Source: Eledone cirrhosa (taxonomy: Eukaryota). Taken from it: 64,000 nucleotides of DNA. The stretch spans positions 61,442,001 through 61,506,000 of the forward strand of contig OZ024745.1 of the NCBI GenBank assembly GCA_964016885.1, written 5' to 3'. The position numbers and the translations under genes are program-made. The notes under the pieces are model-generated. The model did not search any database. It had not been told where the DNA came from and saw only the letters and a list, made by a program, of their open reading frames with translations. Positions 1 to 15,869 of this stretch are shown piece after piece (the first letter of the stretch is position 1; each line of letters begins with the position of its first letter).

Positions 1-437
1 GCAAAAATAAAGTAAAAATTGTTTTCTGTCTTCAAGGAAGCCAACAAGTACAAATCAGAAGCTGAATTGACAGATATTTATGAAAAGAATGAAAAAAAAA
101 GAAGTAAAACAGCTGCAGAAATGGTGAAAAAGATTAAATCTAAGTTGAAAACAGATCTTCAGAATACCATACTAAAACAATGGCAAGAAAAAAAAGCCCT
201 ACATGGGTAAAACACGAAGAAGCTGACTAGGTAGGAAGTAGGAGGTAGACAAACAAAATTCATAACACTGGTTAAGAAGTGCTGGACTAATCATCGAGAT
301 TGAAGGATTCCCGATCACAGCGAAGATCAAAACCTCAGCAGAAACCACCAATAGTACATAATGAAACAGAACACATTAATTTGATGAAATAAGAGGAAGT
401 GGGAACGGAAATACATCACACTGTTTCTGGCTGTTTC

Positions 438-575
438 TAAGGGGGTGCTGAAAATTCCTGGCTTTGGGTAAAAGAAAATACAGGAAAACCAGTTGATTAT
501 AATCTTATTCAACATATTCCCATTTAAGATTCTCACACTTATTGCAGCGGTCCTTCAGATCTTCTAAGCTCTTGC
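438..575 (+). mobile_element. Possible mariner-type TIR fragment
   Basis: AAGGGGGTGCTGAAAATTCCTGGCTTT resembles mariner-family termini. No partner TIR found. Confidence 0.3.
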
Positions 576-703
576 TGTTTCAACAGCTAGTTCCAGACTC
601 TAGTTTTTAATATAGTCATACGCTACTAACCTAAGTATCGAGTACCCTGTTGAATAATAGTCTAACTAGGTTAAAACTGGTTTCAATCCATATATATATA
701 TAT

Positions 704-850
704 ATAATGTATAATAAACAATACAATATAATTACCTCATTACCAGAGGTAATTATATTGTATTGTTTATTATACATTAAATTTAGCTCTGTAACTTACA
801 TAGAGCACTCTTCACTTCTATGACTTTTTCAATTTTCAACGGACACTTCA
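704..850 (+). mobile_element. Fold-back PLE 3'-end insert in microsatellite
   Basis: Inverted repeat 704-738/745-778. Its 3' end AGCTCTGT..ACATAGAGCACTCT is shared with the inserts at 39380-39580 and 54231-54405. Confidence 0.6.
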
Positions 851-1107
851 ACACACACACACATATATATATATATATATTTGTAAATCGAACTTTAGCT
901 GCAGTACAGCTATTACTATCCGATTTGTTTGAAGCAATCACGAAGCACTCAATGGATCGAAAGTTAAAAACAAACATTAAGTCCAGAGTTAAACACCGTA
1001 GTTATAAAATGTGACACTTAGAGAACCGACCGAAGGCACAAACTATACATACAACAAAATAACGATAGATATAAAAAATGGTTTTTCATATATATATATA
1101 TATATAT

Positions 1108-1312
1108 AGGAACGAGTAGGACCCCGACGGCTGAGCTCAAGCCGTTTCGACGGCTAATTCTGGACTAAAATTAGCCGTCCAGAATTAGCCGTCGAAACGG
1201 CTTGAGCTCAGCCGTCGGGGTCCTACTCGTTCCTATTACCCACTCTACTACCCTAAGTATTGAGTACTTTGGTGCGTTATGGTCCACCTGGTTCCTTACC
1301 ACATTTCCTCCG

Positions 1313-1313
<1 letters not shown>
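1108..1313 (+). mobile_element. Fold-back PLE pLTR insert, family A (HHR 3' half GAAACGGC..GCCGTC)
   Basis: Inverted arms flanked by (TA)n. Near-identical pieces at 7780-7888, 11021-11186, 26737-26917, 30943-31096, 36339-36545, 39637-39703, 53700-53792 and 53852-54030. Confidence 0.75.
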
Positions 1314-1344
<31 letters not shown>

Positions 1345-1703
1345 TAAGACGTGACAGATTTGGAAATTACATCAACTGAAAGATATGCAAACATCATGAA
1401 ATGCCATTAGAAAAGAGATAGTATAGTCAAACATCAGAAAAGGTATCGGGAATTAAAAAGCAACCATAATCTGGGATATGAAACGCTAACAGAGAGGGAG
1501 ATCAAAGCCAATCGACCTGATATTATAGTGAAAGTTCACAAAGTAATGCAACGCGACCTACACGGCACTGTATCTATCAGTGAAATGGAGAAATTCTCTA
1601 AATATAAAGATCTAGAGATAGAAATAAAACGAACGAGAATAATGAAAACAGAAGCAATCCATATAATAACAGATAAGTTGGGAAAGATAAAATACAAACA
1701 CAC

Positions 1704-1798
<95 letters not shown>

Positions 1799-1799
1799 T

Positions 1800-1854
<55 letters not shown>

Positions 1855-1886
1855 TAGATAGATAGAGAGATAGAGAGATAGAGAGA

Positions 1887-1941
<55 letters not shown>

Positions 1942-3569
1942 GGAGAGAGAGAGAGAGACATAAAAACCAAACCCCAGGACTTACAAATAAATATAGCATT
2001 CAGAAAATAGCAGCACTAGGTACTGCACACATATTATGAATAGTATTTTCAATACAATAGAAACAACAACACAGACACACAAAATAAAAAAAAACAATGC
2101 ACATACCCAAGATGCACAGAGCTGTGCTCTGTAAATCAGTGACAGCACGCAATGAAAATAAGACTAATAATAATAAAAATAATAATAATAGTAATAGTAA
2201 AAATAAAAATGCAATGATGACCCATCTTCGACGACAAATTCAATGGCTATAAACTTTAAAAACTAAGAACAATAACAAGGACAACAATCACAATGACAAC
2301 GATGATGACGACAGCAAGTCCTCAGCAGTAAATTTAATGATTATAAAGTGACAGAAACTAAGAACTATAACAACAAAATATTTCCCAATGCTAATCACAC
2401 ACATACACAAACATACACATACACAAACATACACATTCACACATATACACAAACATACACATTCACACACAGATACAAAGTCTCATGAAATCCGTGTCTT
2501 ATTTCAGTTGTCATTCAAACTCTCATTGTAATTAAAAAAAAAAGAAGGAAATAAACGTAAAAGAATATGGTAGGGAATATGATTGAGACACTAGAACGAC
2601 AGAGATGCTGCATTGCGGCAACTATTTTCAATCTCTTTCAGGCTACACTACCTTTAAATTTGTAAAAACAGAATTCCTGAAAATCTTGACCAAGAATTGA
2701 AATTTTATTGACAGACGAATGGCAGTAAAACGAAACATGTTTATTGCATGTTTATTGCATGTATAATGTATATCGGTAATAAAATTTACACTATATCGTT
2801 ATTGAATCTATCTCATATAATTTCTTAGTTAAAAAAAATAATCTAAGATAATAAGAGGTAATTTAATGTTTAGAATTATTTAAGCCGAGAGGCGAGTAGT
2901 AAGGTAAAATAACTGCTTTGGAGACACCAATGATACGAAAGCTAATGTCAAACCTGCTGGGGTGTAAACTTTTGCTTAACAGGATATTTTGAAAGAAGAT
3001 AATTATTAAATTAGATAAACAAATATAAATTCAAGGATAATGTTTCAAAACCACTTCAGTTTTTTTAAAGCTGGATCTCATAGTTTATCATTGTGTCCTT
3101 GAGGGATTGTAGGAGGAATCATAAGTTTAGTGCATTGTAAATATAAGTTCGAATTTTGCCAAGAATGACCCTAGTATTCCTAAGTTCATCTGAAATAATT
3201 GCCTGTAATATTCGAAATTCATTCAATCGACTGCACCTTTTTCTTGTTCTTGTTCAAGAAACCGCAATATCTTAATGAAGTTGAGCTGCTTAATGAAGTT
3301 AAGCATCGAGGAGTAATATACAAACTACTGGTGTGTCGAAGTTGCAGCAAGTTTCGATTCTTGATCAATGCCCTTCCATTTTAAATATGTCACTCATACC
3401 CTGACAATTTCATGAATGTAGCAAATATCGACAATTTTATCAGCACTCAAACTGATAGTTATATTTCTTACTGAGATATTTGTAATACTCATCCAGCAGT
3501 AACTCGCCCCCCCCCCCCCGAAACTCTACCATTCTAAAGTCTTAGGATAAGAAAATATTTATACACACG

Positions 3570-3780
3570 CATGTCAGTCGTCATTCTCGAACCCTAAGGG
3601 ACCACCTGGCCGAAGCTTACCTTGATTCAATGTGGCATTATGCAACAAAGAGTACTAGACTTTTTTCAGATAAGTACAACGAAATGCCAATCAAAGCATC
3701 AACCCACCGCTCTGTCTGGGGGATTGAATACACCACCCTGCGATTGTAAGCCCAACACCTTAACTAATAGGCCGTGCGCA
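3570..3780 (-). mobile_element. Degenerate CORE-type tRNA-derived SINE
   Basis: Reverse strand shows a tRNA-like head (GGCCTATTAGTTAAGGTG..GTATTCAATCCC) and a body resembling 9158-9295 and 34030-34265. Confidence 0.4.
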
Positions 3781-3919
3781 TTCATAATATTATCATAGTG
3801 AGAGTTTAATTTCTTAATATATCATGTATTTGTCATAGAAACGGTTAGCGATGTCACCTGCGACGCATTACTTTATTTATTATGATAGCTAGCTAGGCAG
3901 CTAGACAAGCATATATATA

Positions 3920-4053
<134 letters not shown>

Positions 4054-4255
4054 TAAATATATATATATACAGACATATATGTATGTATATACACACACAC
4101 ATATATATATATACATATACATACACACGCTCACACACATATATATATATATATATATACATATATATAAGTATATACATATATATGTAAGTATATACAT
4201 ATATGTATGTATATACACATATATATGTATATGATATATATATGTATATATGTAT

Positions 4256-4298
<43 letters not shown>

Positions 4299-4388
4299 TA
4301 TATTTATATATTAGTATTACACAAATATGACCCTCCCCAAGTATAACTATATTTATATATATATATACATATATACATATATACATAT

Positions 4389-4425
<37 letters not shown>

Positions 4426-4564
4426 CACACACTCACATATATATATATATACATATATATAAGTATATACATATATGTATATACACATATATATATTATA
4501 TATGTATATAATATATATATATGTATATATGTATATACATATAAATATAAATATAAATAAATAA

Positions 4565-4600
<36 letters not shown>

Positions 4601-4641
4601 CGAGAGAGAGAGAAAGGAGGAAAGAGAGAGAGAGGAATGAG

Positions 4642-4672
<31 letters not shown>

Positions 4673-5039
4673 TGAGTGAGAGAGAAAGAGTTAATATGAC
4701 ATTAGAAAATCCAAACACTCAATATTCATTAATATGACCGGGCTAATAATAACGATTTCTTGACACTTGTTATCTGTGGAATAGTATAGTTGAGTGAATC
4801 ATCCCGTTGTTATCATTGATGCTTATGTTACAGCATTTGTGGGATGAATAGAAAACTTGATTAACATCGCTAAGTCCTGCAATATTAAAACAAAAAAAAA
4901 TCAAATGAGCTAAATGAAATAACCCCAAGAAGTTAATGGTATGGATTTCTGATGAATAGGCTTCTTCTTCTTTTTTTTTTTTTTCTTTTTTTATTTTTCT
5001 TCTTCTTCTTCTTCTTCTTCTTCTTCAATCTTCTTCTTC

Positions 5040-5445
5040 TTCTTCTCCCACTTATTGCTGAGAGTGTCGTTGGAGGCGGAGTCCTGAAACACTCCTTCCA
5101 TCGGGTCCTGTTAGAAGCAACCGTTTCCAATTGATCCGGCTGGATCCCTAAGCGAGATCAGCCAAGCTCATGGATGTTATACAACGATCTTGCTCGGGGG
5201 GGGGGGGGGGGGGTATAACCCTTGGATCTCCTATCCGTTGACTTTGACCATAAAATCTGTCCAGCGATTCTTTCCTGAAAGATTTTTCCGGGCAAAACCA
5301 GCCGGCAGGAGACCCAGGTGTAGACCCCGAGCAAGATGGTTGGATAACATTCTTCAGCTTGGCTTGTCTCGTTTGGAATCCAGTCTGATCAGTTGGAAAC
5401 GGTTGCTTCTGACAGGACCCGCAAGAAGAAGAAGAAGAAGAAGAA
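5040..5445. mobile_element. Two head-to-head 3' fragments of an RTE-like LINE, each ending outward in (GAA)n
   Basis: Plus strand GRRPRCRPRARWLDNI and minus strand QLETVASNRTRWKE are typical RTE C-terminus. Related copy at 61230-61355 (+). Confidence 0.65.
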
Positions 5446-5760
5446 GACATACATATGTATGATTGTTTACGTCGAACAAGTTCCACTGAAAGCGGATTAT
5501 ATCCCGAATCACGTCGCTGTAAAGCTAACTTCATAAGTGAACGGCGATGTCAGCGCCTCAGTTTATAATTAATTTTTATTACATTTTTCTACTGAATCAT
5601 TGAGGAACGGATTCTTCACGATTTCTTGGGCAGATTGGAATAAGAACTGTAACTCCTTCAAACTATACAATTCCGTCTAAACTAAAGCATGATACATTGG
5701 ACAAAGTAGTTTCAATGATACAAAAGAGAAATGTTGATACTAAATGAAACATACATATAT

Positions 5761-6138
5761 AATTGTTTCTACTTTTGGCACAAGGCCAGCAATTACCCAG
5801 TACATTATTTTATCGACCCCGTAAGGATGAAAGGCAAAGTTAACCGCGGCGGGATTTGAACTCAGTCCGTAAAGGGACGTAACTATGCTGGAAAGCATGG
5901 CGTCTGACTCTCTACCGATACTGCCAATCCACCGCCCTCATACATATATAACATATATATATATATAATTGTTTCTACGTTAGGCACAAGGCCAGCAATT
6001 ACCTAGTGCATTACTGGTACTTTATTTTATCGACCCCGTAAGGATGAAAGGCAAAGTTAACCTTGGCGGGATTTGAACTCAGAATGGCAAGGGCCATAAC
6101 TCTTTACGTCAAAGCATGGCGTCCGACCCTCTACCAAT
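5761..6138 (-). mobile_element. Two copies of a tRNA-derived SINE (5761-5938, 5968-6138)
   Basis: A box TGGCAGTATCGG, B box GAGTTCAAATCC, central GCCTTTCATCCTTACGGGGTCGATAAAAT (Meta-SINE-like) and tail GTAGAAACAATT. Confidence 0.85.
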
Positions 6139-6870
6139 AACATATATATAATGGCTACATCTTGGTTTCAAGAATTACCATCCCTTGACCATTTTTTCAT
6201 ACATGACCTTTTAGCCCTGCCAAAGTCTTGGATTTCTTTCTGCTGCCGCGAAAGAAAGGAGACAAGGCCATGCTCTCACAACACACGTGAAAGTCATTTA
6301 GATCTAGTTATACCTGTGCTTAATAACGGTGACAAATATCCAAAAAGAAGAACAGGTCAAGTTCATTGGCTGCCATCGAGTCGCAGGTTTTACATCAGAG
6401 TTTTCTTTCTCCTAGAATGATTTCCTAACAAGAACTAGGGGTCTGTCACTCACGGTGGGCTAACCGCACGGTCCCCAAACCAAGTATTTCGCTGCCGCAT
6501 ACATACATACATACATACATACATACATACATACATACATACATGGTGGCTGCCAACTCGTTTTCGAGTACGGCCACTATTTTATATCCATGTAGGAGAA
6601 CCCCTACCGATGCGCTGAACGAGTGTGACTTTTTAGTCCAGCCAGCGACTTGAAAACTCTGGTACAAACACTACACTTGTGACAATTATTGACACATAGT
6701 GCTGGGCCCATGGTACCATGTGACGACAAGTGCAGAGAGATCTCCAGATATAAAGTAATGCCTGTGCCGTGAAGCTTTTATAGTGAGCAAAGGCACTGCA
6801 CAAAGCCAGTCCCACTCTCTTAACATACATATATACATACATACATACAAAAATCCTTGGTGCTCAGAAT

Positions 6871-7083
6871 ATTGATTTTGTATTAGGCACAAGGCCAAAC
6901 AATTTTCGGGAAGGGCAAAGTAAATTATATCAAACCCAGTACTTAGCTGGTACTTTATTTTAGCGACCTCAGAACGATGACAGACAAAGTTGACTTCGGC
7001 AGGATTTGAGCTCGTAATGCAGAGTGTCGCAACTAAATTCCACAAAGCATTTTGTCCGATTCTCTACCGATGCTACCAATCCA
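6871..7083 (-). mobile_element. Older copy of the same SINE family
   Basis: Diverged match to the 9775-9962 consensus. Confidence 0.7.
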
Positions 7084-7483
7084 TCTTATTTTATGGTGCA
7101 TATATTATTGATAATTGTCAGTGGTCTACTATCGTCTATGTATGCAAGGTGACATAAAATACAACTATCAATGTCCTGCTTCGATTTCTTGCAGGGCTTG
7201 ACTTGAACACAAAAGGAGATAAAGGAAGATCTTTAACACATCACAGAACCCAGAACAGAATTTCTATGACAGCCGTCCTGCTATTCTGTAATGGTTTCGT
7301 CAGACAACAGAGTGCCTGCAGCATCGTTGACAATCCCTTCCTGATTATATATATATATATCTTCCATATATTGTGCCGTTTGTTTTGTTATTTCTGTTTA
7401 GCCTTTCCATATATAAATAAATATATATTATATATATATTATATATGTGTGTGTGTGTATGTATGTATATATATATGTGTGTG

Positions 7484-7583
<100 letters not shown>

Positions 7584-7885
7584 TATATATACATACATAC
7601 ACACACATATATATATACATACATACACACACATATATAATATATATATAATTTATTTAATATCATTGTATAATATATATATATATATATATATAATATA
7701 TATATATATATTATATAATATATATATATATAATATATATATATATAATATATATATATAATATATATATATACATATATAGGAACGAGTAGGACCTACT
7801 CGTTCCTATTAGCCACTCTACTACCCTAAGTATTGAGTACTTTGGTGCGTTATGGTCCACCTGGTTCCTTACCACATTTCCTTCG

Positions 7886-7923
<38 letters not shown>

Positions 7924-8108
7924 AATTTATATCTAGTAACATATATATACATACAGATGCATATCAATGCTAGCAAATATATAGGTTTTGTCTTAGTAAC
8001 GTTGCGGTTCAATGCATGGGGTTGCAGAACAATAATATGAGAGACGTAAGATGAGAAAATTATAAAATTATAAAAATATTATAAAATTGACTTACTTACT
8101 AAAATATC

Positions 8109-8190
8109 ACTTTCAACTAATTAGTTTCTGGAATGGAGTAAATATATTTTCCGAAGATCATATGGAAAAGCATTCCGTCGTCAGGAAAGT
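8109..8190 (-). ncRNA. Type I hammerhead ribozyme (inverted copy of 8753-8834)
   Basis: Reverse complement reads ACUUUC-CUGACGA-stem II-GAAA-CUAAUUAG-UU-GAAAGU. Confidence 0.8.
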
Positions 8191-8752
8191 CTCTTTTCGT
8201 GTAAGTTTCCAGGCATAGCGAGTACTCTGGAAACTTATTAAAAAAATAATTCAGTGGATAGGAAATAGCGAAGCGTGGACTGAAATCCTAGCCATTGAGA
8301 AAATCACTGCCTCTACGTCTGTGGCAAATTCAAAAAGAATCAATCACGTGACATCGAGGTCAATCAGTGGAAAGCGAGTTGTTAATAAGATGGCGGCCTG
8401 CTTACTACTATAGCAGCAGTCATGGCCAATATTGCTCGACAAATGAATTGGAGATAATTATAAAGAATTTATATCTAGTAACATTTATATACATACAGAT
8501 GCATATCAATGCTAGCAAATATATAGGTTTTGTCTTAGTAACGTTGTGGTTCAATGCATGGGGTTGCAGAACAATAATATGAGAGACGCAAGATGAGAAA
8601 ATTATAAAATTCTTTTTGAATTTGCCGTAGAGGCAGTGATTTTCTCAATGGCTAGGATTTCAGTCCACGCTTCGCTATTTCCTATCCACTGAATTATTTT
8701 TTTAATAAGTTTCCAGAGTCCTCGCTATGCCTGGAAACTTACACGAAAAGAG

Positions 8753-8834
8753 ACTTTCCTGACGACGGAATGCTTTTCCATATGATCTTCGGAAAATATA
8801 TTTACTCCATTCCAGAAACTAATTAGTTGAAAGT
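8753..8834 (+). ncRNA. Type I hammerhead ribozyme, extended stem II
   Basis: Stem I ACTTTC/GAAAGT, core CTGACGA (8759-8765), stem II GGAATG/CATTCC around an inner hairpin, GAAA 8815-8818, palindromic stem III ACTAATTAGT, GUU triplet. Confidence 0.8.
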
Positions 8835-8901
8835 GATATTTTAGTAAGTAAGTCAATTTAATAATATTTTTATAATTTCATAATTTTCTTATCTTACGTC
8901 T

Positions 8902-9495
<594 letters not shown>

Positions 9496-9566
9496 TATAT
9501 ATATATATATATAATATATATATTATATATATATATATTATATATATAATATATATATATATATAT

Positions 9567-10121
9567 AGTGAAAGAATGAAGAGTAACATGGGTTGGCTGT
9601 ACAACAAGGGGCTCTATGTTTTCAGGTATTGACAATTGTTTTATTGATCAGGTGAGTCTAGAGTTCGTTAATCACCTGATCAATGAAACAATTGTCAATA
9701 CCTGAAATAAAGCCCCTTGTTGTACAGCCAACCATGTTACGCTTCATTCTTTAACTATTATTACACCAAGTATAGGGCGGTGGATTGGCAGTATCGGTAG
9801 AGGGTCGGACGCCATGCTTTCCAGCATAGTTACGTCCCTTTACGATCTGAGTTCAAATCCCGCCGAGGTTGACTTTGCCTTTCATCCATACGGGGTCGAT
9901 AAAATAAAGTACCAGTAATGCACTGGGTAATTGCTGACCTTGTGCCGAAAGTAGAAACAATTATTACACCAAGTATAAACTGCAGAGGAATTACCGCGAA
10001 CGCACTGCATAAATATGAAAGCAACCTGTTGAGTAAAACAAAGCCGTACGTTAAAACTATCCACGACACAGACTACTCACAACTTCTAACTGGATTACCT
10101 ATAGCGATAACTTGTTACCCC
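9567..10121 (+). mobile_element. Fold-back PLE pLTR insert with HHR 3' half, interrupted by a SINE
   Basis: Inverted arms about 9567-9655/9672-9757 and GAAACAATTGTC at about 9685-9696. Flanked by (TA)n. Confidence 0.65.
9775..9962 (+). mobile_element. Full-length tRNA-derived SINE with target-site duplication
   Basis: A and B boxes intact. TSD TTATTACACCAAGTATA at about 9758-9774 and 9961-9977. Confidence 0.9.
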
Positions 10122-10147
10122 ATACATATATATATATATATATATAT

Positions 10148-10664
10148 AAAATATTAAACAAATAATGAATAAACAATTCCTTATATTAAACAAAAAAAGT
10201 TCATTATTTAACGATCGTTTCTAGGGTATATATGTGTTATAATTGGTATGCATATTCAACAGATCTATGTACAAAATTATACAAAGTTATACAAATTATC
10301 AAGATTAAATATACATACCTAACACATATTATTTCTGAAGACGGCGTATATATGTGTTAGGTATGTATATTTAATCTTGATAATTTGTATAATTTTGTAT
10401 AATTTTGTACATAGATCTGTTGAATATGCATACCAATTATAACACATATATACCCTAGAAACGATCGTTAAATAATGAACTTTTTTTGTTTAATATAAGG
10501 AATTGTTTATTCATTATTTGTTTAATATTTTATCTTGACTCTGTATACCGTTTATCTTTCACCGAAAGTGGTTTTTCATTACATCTCTTCTTTCCATGAT
10601 ATCCGGAATACATTGAGTTCTTCATACGGATTGGACACTACCGTAAACTCTTGGTAGATTTATC

Positions 10665-10667
<3 letters not shown>
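10148..10667 (+). mobile_element. Fold-back PLE pLTR insert
   Basis: About 180-bp inverted arms 10148-10329/10350-10531, then a unique 3' end containing ACATTGAGTTCTTCAT, which is also present at about 28005-28021 (-). Confidence 0.75.
10328..10476 (+). ncRNA. Type I hammerhead ribozyme with 116-nt stem II insertion
   Basis: Stem I ATTATTT/AAATAAT, CTGAAGA 10335-10341, stem II GTATATATGTGTTA/TAACACATATATAC plus further pairings, GAAA-CGATCG-TT. Confidence 0.75.
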
Positions 10668-10708
<41 letters not shown>

Positions 10709-10831
10709 ATATATGTGTTGAAAAGTTAGTATGTATATATATATATATAATATATAATATATATAATATATATATATAATATATATAATATATATATATA
10801 TAATATATATAATATCTGTATGTGTGTTGAA

Positions 10832-10871
<40 letters not shown>

Positions 10872-11183
10872 TATATATATATAATATATATACTGTATAT
10901 ATGTGTTGAAAAGTTAGTATGTATATATATATATAATATATAATATATATAATATATATAATATATATATATAATATCTGTATGTGTGTTGAAATGTATA
11001 TATATATATATATATATATATAAAACGAAGGAAATGTGGTAAGGAACCAGGTGGACCATAACGCACCAAAGTACTCTACTTAGGGTAGTAGAGTGGGTAA
11101 TAGGAACGAGTAGGACCCCGGCGGCTGAGCTCAAGCCGTTTCGACGGCTAATTCTGGACTTGGCCGTCGGGGTCCTACTCGTT

Positions 11184-11233
<50 letters not shown>

Positions 11234-11254
11234 AACGAGTAGATTCCAATACAA

Positions 11255-11371
11255 AGGTCTGACGACATGGTGTGTTTGCTTACAGTGTACCTTCGGTTTA
11301 TGATAATATTTTTATATTATTCAAATAGCGAGGTATAGGTAACCCATACACTATAGAAACAATTGTTACCT
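11255..11371 (+). ncRNA. Type I hammerhead ribozyme with 90-nt stem II insertion
   Basis: Stem I AGGT/ACCT, CTGACGA 11259-11265, stem II ATGGTGTG/TACACTAT, GAAA-CAATTG-TT. Confidence 0.7.
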
Positions 11372-11450
11372 AATAAATTATTTATACCCGCATTTCCATT
11401 TCATAAACTTCTTCTCCATATAAATATATGTGTGTGTATACATATATATA

Positions 11451-11495
<45 letters not shown>

Positions 11496-11739
11496 ATATA
11501 TATATGTATATATATATATACATGTATATATATATATATATGTGTATATATATATATACATATATATACACACACATATATATATATGTATACACACACA
11601 TATATTTATTTTCTCTTGCTTGAAGAAATTTGTTAGTAAGAATCTTCATTTGATTACATATCTTCTACTTTGTTGCTTCTAATAACAGAGATTTTCGGTT
11701 ATAAAAATCTTTTCCGTCAAGTCCTGTACGTATGCGCAC

Positions 11740-13480
<1,741 letters not shown>

Positions 13481-15869
13481 CGAGATAAGCATAACAGACA
13501 AAGAGACAGTGACATTCATTTATTTGTTTCTAGTAATTCAATCACAATATTCAAATACACAACAAGGGCGTACCTAGTCTAGATTAGATGGGTGGTGGAA
13601 CCCTTAATTGAATTTTTTACAGAATCTTTCTTTATACAGATTCGTTTCTTCGTCACCTCCTTCTGAGATATATCCGATGTAAAATTTGATGGTTGCTGAT
13701 GCTTATCCGAGCGTTTCAAGGCGTTAATAAATCGACAGATATTACCCTCCCCTTTATTAAAATGCTAGTCTATGGAAAATTTTACCTTTAGTAAGATTGT
13801 GATTTAGCATGGCCAGTTAATAAATCACATGTCAGCTACAGCGTTATATTGTATTGGTTATTGTTGAGCAGATGGTAAGCTCATTTAAAAAAAAAAATCC
13901 ATGCAGCATAAGTTAAGCGTTAACATCTAAGCCATGATAAACTGTTAACAATATAGCTAAGCTACATAGCACGCCATCGAAACATTGGTCAGGTAACAAT
14001 GGATCCGATGGTAAGTATAACACAGGGAACTTTCATGGGTTAAGTACTGCAGCAGTGTCAGTTTATATTCAGCACTATAAACTGATGAAACAATCGTTAG
14101 TTGTACGATGCTCCCCCTGCAAAACACATTCGTAGCATCTACTTACATCAAAGATTTCTGGATAGATCAATGAGAATTAAGTTATTTTTATTTTCTCTAC
14201 CTGGTTCACTGCATAGTGCCGGTGTTGGCATAAACACCAGCGGCTTTTCACCTGGATACATTTATAAACGACTTATCTAACTCTATTTCTCTGGTGCCAG
14301 GTGAAACGCGTAGAATGACATATGGAAAAGAATATGATGCACGAGACGGGAAACAGACTGTTGACATTTCACTATACTATGCTATTATTTGTTTAAATAC
14401 ATAATATATTTGATACATTATCCAATTTATGTCATTATATGTTGGCAATGACATGGGATTTTATGTATGAAGTAATGGGTTTCAGCGCCCCGAGAGCAAA
14501 GATTCTGTTGGTGTTTACACCTTAATTAACAGGTATGTTAGACCAGAAATCTTGCACCTCCTCATACCTGTATCCAAGGGCGACTACACCTCTAATACAC
14601 CTCTAGTATGAAGGCAGGTCTATTAAGTTAGGCAAAGATATTTTTTTCCATCAGGTAACTCAGAAACCATAGCATTTCTGTAATGATCTTTATAGGTTTC
14701 TTTAGCGACTAATTTAACACTAATTATATACATTCTGAAACTATCGGCACCCATATTGTGTTCATCACTCCATACTCCGAATTAAGATCAACAGCAATTA
14801 CTGCCGCTATTACTTGCAGCTATTCAACAGGAAAATTAACCACTTCCACCGGTCTAAGAGAGCCCGCGAAGACCATAGCTACAGTTCGTCCTCCAGACCA
14901 AACTAAATTAATTAAAAAAGTTTTAATTGATTAATACTTCTAACACTTCAAGTAATAATTATTTCTAACACTGGCACAAGGCCAGCAATTTGGGGGAAGG
15001 GGAAAGTCAATTACATTGACCCCTAGTAATAATACTTATAGCATTAATTAGTATTAATACTTATAGTATTAATACTACTAATAATAATAGTTTTTCGCAT
15101 TGATACAAGATGACAGATGTTAAGGGAACAATGTAGTCAACAAAATGGTATTTATTCTATTGGTTCCGAGCTGACAAAAGATACCATTGATCACGATAGG
15201 TTTCTGTCTGGCAGGGTGGACCACGTGTCTAGTCTTATAAATTCCTCTTAAGAGCACAGACCTAGGAAAGTTCCCATTCCTCCACTCTACTGACGTTGTC
15301 CAAGGGAAAGACAAGGGCTGATATAGCTGAGCCTTGATGTCATTATAGGCGAACTGAGAACGTAAATAGCCGGAGAGAATACTGCAAGGCAATTCCTAAA
15401 ACGCACTAAATTCCATCAATTCCATCTTGGACTGTTGCATTATTTTATTTACTTCGAAAGAATGAAAGATAAAGTTTACCTTGGTGGAATTTGAATTCAG
15501 AATATGTAAAGCCAGAACAAATACAACAAAGCATTTTGTCTGTTGATTCTATCATTCCTTTAACTCCAGAACAAATACAAAAAGCCTTTTATCTGTTGAT
15601 TGTACCATTCCTTTAACTCCCAAGTATATTGTGAATCAACTATTGCAATGAATTTAGTATTGTATTTAGTTTTTATACACAAAAATATTGATTTCTCACA
15701 AAGTCGTGAATATGTGGATTAAATATTGGTACAAAGTTGTATGTTTATAGAGTAAGTGTCTAGTTGATCGTAACCATTCTCGGCATATAGTTCATACTTA
15801 GCATGGAATCTAGATATAAGGAAGTAAAGGGACCTAACTAAGGATGACATCATTACCAATGATGTCATC

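Larger units (their letters stand above)
1..2195 (+). mobile_element. Degenerate 3' fragment of an RLE-type (R4/Dong-like) non-LTR retrotransposon, split by later insertions (pieces about 1-400, 1345-1710, 1960-2195)
   Basis: Broken translations QWQEKKALHG, HNWLRSAGL, IKANRPDIIV, EKFSKYKDLEIEI and IQKIAALGTAHIL match the C-terminal restriction-like endonuclease region of R4-clade LINEs. Ends in a (TAA)n tail at about 2165-2190. Confidence 0.75.

Noticed and set aside
9775-9870. tRNA genes at SINE heads
   Set aside because: A and B boxes are present but there is no cloverleaf, and they continue into SINE bodies with TSDs.
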